In this document: positions 25,494 to 34,400 of the stretch, one piece after another
How the letters are laid out: every line of letters starts with the position of its first letter
Position numbering within the stretch: position 1 is the first letter of the stretch
DNA from: Aplysia californica
Taxonomy: Eukaryota
DNA: 64,000 bases
Direction of reading: 5' to 3'
Assembly (NCBI RefSeq): GCF_000002075.1
Contig: NW_004797451.1
Location: 961,679 to 1,025,678 of the forward strand
Translations under genes and position numbers: made by a program
The notes under the pieces: model-generated
Told to the model about the DNA's origin: nothing
Databases searched by the model: none
What the model saw: only the letters and a program-made list of their open reading frames with translations

Positions 25494-28400
25494 CGTGTGT
25501 GTGTGTGTATCGTCTGCTAGCTGCTGCTGCTGCTGCTGTCGCCGTTGTGTACCGTACGGGAATGATTGGTTGGTTGGTTGGTTGGCTGTGTTGGCCGATC
25601 GTACGGGTCGGGAAAGACTAGACGACTCATTCATTCGGCGAACCGTCCGTGATTTTTTTCCCATGCGCACCAGGCCTCGCGTACCCTGCTCGACTGTCTG
25701 GTCTGACTGGGATCATAATTGCCTGGTGCGGTATGGTTGGGTGAAAGTGAAACAGATTAGAAAAAGGAGGCGCAGCACATACTGCGGTACAAATATTTAT
25801 TATCAATTAATTGTTATCTGTTCAGGAAATATCCGCTCTTGCTTGTTGTGTACGTTCTCGTAAGAGGACTCGAGTCTAGGGTAATCACGGAGGTTCGAGC
25901 AAATCGAAATCGATTTCATAGTCTGTGTTTTGTTTTTGCTGGGTAGATCTAGATCTAGATCTAGTTTTAAAAATTTAAAAATTATTATTATTATTATTAT
26001 TTTGATAACTCCGATTAGACACGGCGTTCAAGCCCAAAGACACGAGTGCCGTGACCTTGCACTCCCTGCGAGACCTGTACCTGGACGTGAAGAACATCGA
26101 CGTGCTCGGGGACGAGACTCAGAGCTGCAGCACCAGCGACACAGACAAGGCAGAACCGACTACGCCACCCATGAGTGAGAAAGTCACACCAGGGACCCAC
26201 ATGGTCAGTTATGTCACTTTGTGCGGTTTTGTCTTCTTCGATGTTGTTCGGATATCCCAGTGTCTCAAAAAGTCTTGTATCCATCAAAGAAAGAAGTAAA
26301 AGCGAAAAAAAGAAAAAGAGAAAGAAAGAAAGAAAAAAAGAAAGAAAGAAAGAAACAAGAAAGAAAAAACGAAAAAAAGAAAGAAATGGCACTTTATTAT
26401 TTCTTGTGGGGAAATTCGGGTTACAATGGCAAATATACATACATACATAAAAATACATATTTAAGCACATATGCTTACAAAGAATACCAAATACACAATA
26501 TTACACCAATGCAAACTATTTTACAATTATGCCATGCTGGTTGCCACTGTTCAGTTGTAGTTAAACAGTGTGGACTGTTAATCTTTTCATCTGATCCTTG
26601 TGTACTTAGCATGCTACTGAGAGTATCGCCAATTTTATAGCTTGTTGACCTCATTGCAGGACATCACAATGCCTCCGTGGCTGGACAGCGACATTGAGAT
26701 TGTGACCTTGGGTGCGGCTCCGAACCAGGGCAGCCCACCAACCACCCCATTGATCTTCACCAGCACCAAATCGGGCAAGAACAACACACACCTGGTGGTT
26801 CTACAGCCCAGCTCAGAGCCTGTTGATGACATCACAATCAGTGAGAACTTTGTTTATTTCGCGGGCTGTAAAAATAAGCGTAGAGGTTTTAATGTCCCTA
26901 TCAATACTATTAGGTTATTTAAGAGGTGGTACCTCCGAGTCTAGCATCCATCTCCGAAAGGACCGAGCCAAATGGGAAATGGGTGTAAAGTGTCTTTCCC
27001 AAGGACACAATGTCGTACTGACCTGGGGCTGCTTTGACCTTCCTTATCAGGGGCAACCTAGGCTGAGTGGGGTAGCCTACAACATCCCAGCAGACAGATG
27101 GAGTCACTTGATAATATAACTTCCCCACTTCTGAATTGAATCCCATTTGAGCAAGATATTCCATCAGAATGTTCAAACTTTGTTTTTGCCTGTAGGCTTT
27201 TAACTCTTTGAGGAAGCTCATTCTTGTCTTTCAGCAACACTTAAGATGCATTGTTTTGGAGCATTTTTTAAAAAACAAATTGTTAAATTTGATTTTTGTA
27301 AATCTTAAACTTGAAAAGGCAAACTACAACACACATTTTGTAAAACATGCGAATTTGTGCCTCTGATTTGTGTAATACAGATCAAAATGTGCCACAACAT
27401 GGCCTTTGGGCTCTGTCAGACATAAGTTATGTGTTCGATACACCCTGAAAGATTCAGCCTCCTCGTAATGTCCCCACTTTTCAAGCTAAGACGGAGCACA
27501 CACCAGGAAAAAGTGTTGGGCTAGGTTTTCTCTTTTCATGTTTTTTTTTTGTTTTAGAAAGAGTTTTACAGTCCTTACAACACTAATAAGTCATATAAGT
27601 GCTGAAGATTAAAGGTATTACTAGAGAATAACTTACAAAAAAAAGAAGAGATAAGGATAATAGATGAGCAAACCGTAACAGAGCACCTTCCAACCACCCA
27701 AAGACTTGAAAAGTGTTAAAAGTGGGGAAACACTATTTTTAATGAATGCAGCCTTATTGTTTCTATCTCCATCCCCAGTCATTGTGGTGTGCGTGATTGC
27801 AGCCATCTTGATCATCAGTTTGTGCGTTGCTCTGGTCCTTGTGCGGCGTCGGAAGAAGCGACAAGGAGACTACCTGGTCAAGAAGGAAGGCGAGGCCGAC
27901 ATGGAGCTGAAGCAACCTCTGAACCACAACGACTCGTCTCCGTATGGCGGGCCAGCCCCGTTCACATCCCACACCATGCCTCGCATGTCTCGCCCCCGCC
28001 CGCCGGCGGAGACAAACAACAAGGTTCCGTCAGATCATCTGGCCAAGCTGGATGAGTTCAGCATGATCTCCGCCATGCTGGGTCCCAGGAGTAAGACTCT
28101 CTTTTTTTTTCTATACCATCAAACTTGCTTTAATGGACATTTATAAGACAATTACCTGTACAAACAGACATTTAGGGGGCTCTTGTGGCCTAGAGATTAA
28201 GGTGTTCGCCTCTCATTCAAAAGGTTTGAATCCGGGTAGCAATGGGAAAATTTTCTTATCTGAAATTGTCTCCTTTCACCTTCTTTCCTTCTCTCTTGCA
28301 ATACTCTGTCGTCTGCTTTTGTCTCCAGTTTCTGCCCCCACCCCTACAACTCCTTTGCCCCCTACGCTGGACTCCTGACTCTTTCTGCAGCCTTTCTACT

Positions 28401-31400
28401 GCTACACCTTGGCTCCTTCTTACTGCTGTCTTTCAGCAACACCCCTGATCTTCTGGTAGGAAAGATCTACACCTAGCCTTCTTGGACAAGGGCGAAAAAT
28501 CTCAGAGGTCCTGTGTGCAAGTTGCGCACGCTTAAGATCCCTTGGTGGTCCAAAATGGATAAGAGTAGGCTTCAGCCGCCACCCGAGCAAAATTCAAAAT
28601 TTCCTACCAATTGAAAATGTTTGGTGTGTCCCGCACGCTCATATGACCTTATGCAGTTGCGAGCGTCATAAAATTTTTTTTTTTTAAACCACAAAAAAAA
28701 TAGCCATTTCCTGCTTCCTCCCTTGCGTATTTCTAACATCATAATGACACTGTGTAAGACGTCCACCTGCCTGGGACTACCACTTTTCTTCTTGCTTTAG
28801 ATCATTTTTATTGTATCTTTTTATGTTATGGAATTCTAATCTTCTTCTTCTCATTCTTCAGACCAATTATAGTTTTGATTTCAAATTGACTGTCATACCT
28901 ATGAGACTAAACTGTCCTGGTCTTTTCCTGTCACCCATCTCGTCGAGATCTCTTAGGAAGTTATTTTCCGTCTATCTCTGCCTCTTTTTCATCTTATTAT
29001 GTTGAATAATTATAAAAATGTTATAACTCAATTTACACTTGTTTACATACATAGCTATGTACATAAATACATACTTGCAATAATTTTTCAACATTACACA
29101 GTTCACAATATTACACCATCAAAGACAAACAAAATCGAATTTTCCGGTCATATTTGTCCAGCACCTGTTTTTGAGCAAGGAATTATAAACTATGAACTCT
29201 CTGAACATGTAGATTTCAATGAAAAAATTCTGTGCTTGTTTCTCCTAAACTTTGCCTGAATGTTTTCAGGGCCTAAGGCAGACACTTTGCCCCACGACCC
29301 GTCTAAGCAGAGATACAGCCAGGGAAATTATGTGAGTGCCATGACAAGTTAATGATTTTTGCCTTACTGCCTGAAACTAGGCGCTTCACATGTAAAGGGT
29401 TAGGTGACAAAATGGGGTATCTCCAACTCTTTATCTTCTGTTTTTCTCACTGTAGATCATTTGATTTTTTAATCTTATCTGAGTTTAAATATTTGTTTTC
29501 AAAACATGCTGTAATCAATGATTTTGCATCTCCGACTCTTTATCTTCTGTTTTTCTCCCTGTAAATCACAAGTTTGATTTTTAATCTTATCTGAGTTTAA
29601 ATATTTTTTTTTCAAAACATGCTGAGACCATTGATTTTGTACAGCTTTGATTCAGTGTTTTCTCCATCGGCAAACGGATCAAACACACTGAGTGAAACGA
29701 TCAGCTCGTCCTGTGTTGGTCACTTTGTGGACATAATATGTCTTCTCTTGTCACAATACCTTTAATTCATATCTTTCTTTATGTCTCTTAATCTGTTTAG
29801 AGTAAAGTGTTTAAGAGATCAGAAAATCAGAAAATACTACAACAGATTTTCCATGCTAAAGTAGATCTTTTTCTGTTTGTGTTGAAGTAAATGGAATTAA
29901 TGCCACATTATTATTTTTTTTAATATGAAAAATAAAGCGATAATGAATGAAAAGGTCGTCATATGAAAATTTGATGTGACTAAAGTATTACATAGTTACA
30001 CAAGCCAGTAAAGACTAGTCCATCAGGAGTTGGAATTAGGCCTGCTCTTACTGACAAGGAAAACCAAAAAAAGACATATGTGAGACATATTGCATGTCTT
30101 AACTTGTTCGGGACATGCAGTCTGGTCATTCGATTTTGTCACTTTTTAAAGGTATTTTGTATATTTCAAAGAATACGCAACCATCAAAATAATTCCTAAT
30201 AAAATGCATAGAAGACAAATAAATTAAAATCCTTTTGAGTTAAGGTTCAGACATGATGGAACTATTGTCTTTTTATAGGAAAGCATTTTGTTTGAAAACA
30301 TTTTCTTTCCATTTTCAAAATGTAGCTTGAAACAATGTAAGCGGACTTTTTATCCACTTCTCCAGACACACACACACACACACATATTTTCATCTTTGTT
30401 TCCCTCTCCTAGCCTCTGACGGATGATGAGGTCGACTTTATCAATCCCATCTACAACGCAAGAAAACAACGACCGGCTTCCTCCATATCAGAGGTCTTGG
30501 AAGAACTGGAGAGACGGCAAGTGCCACTTCCTAACGGTAAAACGTCAAGATCTGATTTATCTAAACTTTCTTATGTTGGCAGGAAAATGGTAAAAGATAT
30601 CAGTGCAGCTGGTTTCTGTTTACTTTCTCAGGCTAATAGGAAAGTGGTAAAACATTATTGGCAGTTTGGAAAAGTAATAAGAAATAAGGAGACTTGTGGG
30701 CTGCAGTTTGATCTATAGGCAATCCCAAAATAAATGGTAAATATTTCACCTAAAGGACTTCATCAGAAACTTAATAACACATGCTTTAGCCAAATCAGGT
30801 TCTGAAGTATACCTTTCCTGCCAAATCCTTAGAAAAAAACACTTTACACAAATTTTAAGTATTTCACCCTGGTAAGATTGGGTAACTGACTAAAAACTAT
30901 GAAAGATCTTTTCTGTACGTTCATCTTGGAGCATTTGTTAACCCTGTAACATCACAGTTTGTGTCAAGTGCTTTTCAAGATTATTTGAGAACATTTATAG
31001 ATCTGCCAGGGTAATAGTAGGCCTACACTGTTCAGTGCATAAAGCATGTTTACTCTCAGCAGGCATATATGTTAATTAANNNNNNNNNNNNNNNNNNNNN
31101 NNNNNNNNNNNNNNNNNNNNNNNNNNNNNNNNNNNNNNNNNNNNNNNNNNNNNNNNNNNNNNNNNNNNNNNNNNNNNNNNNNNNNNNNNNNNNNNNNNNN
31201 NNNNNNNNNNNNNNNNNNNNNNNNNNNNNNNNNNNNNNNNNNNNNNNNNNNNNNNNNNNNNNNNNNNNNNNNNNNNNNNNNNNNNNNNNNNNNNNNNNNN
31301 NNNNNNNNNNNNNNNNNNNNNNNNNNNNNNNNNNNNNNNNNNNNNNNNNNNNNNNNNATTGTTATTATTTTATTTATTATTGTTATTATAATTTTTTTAA

Positions 31401-34400
31401 AATATTATTGTTATTATTATTTTATCATCATCATTATTATTGTTATTATTGTTATTATTATTATTATTATTATTGTTTTAATTTATGATTATGATGTAAG
31501 ATGGTAACTAAACTGAAGAGCACCATCTCGTTTTTGCCAGGTACCCCAGCCCTAGAGGATCCGGTCCGGCGCAGCCACGGCGAGGGAGAGCTGGAGTGGG
31601 ACCACCAGGCAGACACCACCACGCCCGCACACAATGTGAGACTTCTCTCTCACTCCGCATCACTGGGTCTTTGTTGTTTTCTGCACACCTGTCTAGTCAT
31701 GTACATTTGATTTTCTGTGTTTGCGATGCAGTCTAAACTTTTTTGAGGGTGTCTTGTAAAAGAATTGAAGGCAAAAAGCTAGAGATAGGGGTAGCTCAAG
31801 AGTAGGTTAAATAAGGAATGAGGACAGATGAGCGACAGAAAAAAAACCCAACCCTGAATGATATAGGGGATGTGTTTTATAAAATATCTGACCAGAGAAA
31901 TGAATATTGAACCATGGTTGCCAATGTTTGAATTTATTGATCTCCATGAAGAGAAATTTCCTGAGGCATGGTAAAAACATACACAAAAATCAGTGTTTCA
32001 TCTGTCTAGAGATTGTCTGAACTGTGAATCGTGGGAGCACCAATGAATACCCTGTCTTTTGATCTTATCCTTGGAGAAAACACTCTGATATCCGTCTGAT
32101 CAGAATTTGTGAACGCGGGGATGAATATGTAACCTCTTGTATGTGCAGGCCAGTGTATAACTCTGAGAATAATCACTCTTTTGTGCAGGGAGTTGCTCCT
32201 GTGGAAAAGCAACAAGGATGATTTTGGCGCAGCGTGGGGCAGAGGGTCAGTTATTGGAAGGTGGAAAGCTACCATCTATTCAAGCAGGATCTCTTCCTTG
32301 CTCGCTTTTCTCACTAAGACCTTAAATTTTTGCTCTTGTTGAGTTGAGATGCATCTCGGGGTCTTTCCCGCTTATTCCATCATTCAGTTGCAAACCAATT
32401 TCCCTGCTTCGACCTGGACTAATTTGAGACTGCGAATGTTGACTCTGTTGAGGATCAGCGAGCGCGCTGTTCGGCCATGATGTGATTTGATTTGCCTTGA
32501 CGTCTTTAGGAACAATGTGGCAAAGAAAAAATGGTGCTGCTGCATGAGATTCTTTATCATAAACTGACAGCTTAGCTGATTATTTTCTGATAATAGCATA
32601 GCATAAAAGAAATACTTTTATTTATTCCTGTTGGGGGTGTATAAAATACAAACTTTAATAGTTTTTCAATGTTACGTATGACACAATACCCCATAAGTAC
32701 AGACAATCAACATATTATTTGTTCCATTCTTAGATCAAATGAGGTTCTTTTTAGACTGTTTTGGATGCATGACCACTTTGTTTTGACCTCTTTGCTTTCA
32801 ATGTGCTTTGCTGCAGATGTTTAAGACTTTCGTTTTTATCAGTGCAAAAATTGGGTCATACACTTTTATTTGCTGCAAAACCATTATCATTACTTGGTGA
32901 TTTTCTGTGTACTACTTTTGAACTACTTTTCATAACAGATGAATAATTATTTAAATTCTAAGCTGCTTTTAAAAAAAATTCAAATTCAAGCAGAATTTAC
33001 TTAGTGGCGTGGGCAGTTTTGTTTTCACTATAATTACACCAACAGCTTTTGCGGGTCAAATCATATCTCAGTATCTGTTTGCTTTTATTCTTCTTCGCAA
33101 ATATGCATTTGTCTTGAAGTCTTTGTCTTATTTGATGGTCATCCAACTTATGCTTGATGTTTACTCAGTTTGAGACACATGCTGAATATCTTTAAAAAAT
33201 GTTACTCTCTGATTTGGTTTTCACACCAATATCAACAAGTTTTATTTGTTTTCACACCTGTATGATCAAATTATATATTCTTACGAAAGAGACGGGCGAC
33301 ACATTTGAAAGATGGTTGTGGTCTTTTTTATTTTTATTGTTGTTGTTTTTTTATTTATACAATTATTTTTTTAACAGTTGCTTATTTAAGTTGTTTTTCT
33401 GTTATGTTAATCACCATCATCCCATCAGGAACCATGGGTTTGAGTGGAGCTGCGGTCAAAGTCTGAATATTGATCCCTGACTTTGTCCTAAAGCAACTCT
33501 AGTAAGGAAGTTTCTTTGACAAATGAATCACTCAACTTCTCTCACTGTAGGAAGACATCATGTTTTTCAATAAACCTTTGCTGGGCCCAATTCCTGATGA
33601 ACTAGAAGAGTCCCATCTCAGCAGTTTCTCGGGCCACCCGTCAAGTTTTGGGGGTGACAGCTACCAGGTTTGTGCTGAGTGTAACTGTCCCTAGGATCCT
33701 CACCCTACTAGACTTGTTTGTGGTTCCGACTGAATGCTGTGTCTTCCACGCACCATGCGGTGTTCAGCTTATGGTGCATAGGCTGCTGTGTAGCACTAGC
33801 TCCTTATCATTAGTGATGTACCTCGTTTTAGGAGATTAAATTTCAATTGTACCGAGTAATGAAGCATGAGAAGTTACCGTCTGAAAGAAGTGAGGAGTCC
33901 ACGGGAAAAACGTGAATAGTCACAAACTGAAAATTGTGAGTGTATCAATCTTGAATGCTTGTTGACTCATAACAGTATTTCCATTCAACTGTTGATTGAT
34001 TATTGTCGTTAGATTTCCCATTCAACAAACAATAATTAACCACCAATCAAACAAATATGAAGTTATGAGTCCACAAGCATTAAAAATTGACACCCTCACA
34101 AATTCCAGTTTCTGAATATGCTCGTTTTTCCTGTGGACTCCTCAAGTGGGAGTAAGTCTCTATTATAACAAGATCCTTGTCTAGAATTAAAGAATTAAAT
34201 GCTAGTAAATGTTTAGAGTGCTGCGGAAATCAGAGTGGAGAAAATATACAGTTGAACTTGCTCTAACGGCAACCTGTTCAACACAGTCACCCGTACCAGT
34301 GATCTCTTCCTATTTACCCTCTCACGTTTTTTTACATTATAATGGCCCTGTCCAAAACGTTCACCTATCTATGACATCCAATTTTCTCTTGGACAATTGA

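Noticed and set aside
25562-25730. In-frame ATG25562 ORF with TAG readthrough encoding a signal peptide
   Set aside because: The TAG-A context is not readthrough-prone and the ORF starts in a (TTGG)n microsatellite. Kept only as a caveat in the internal-promoter finding.
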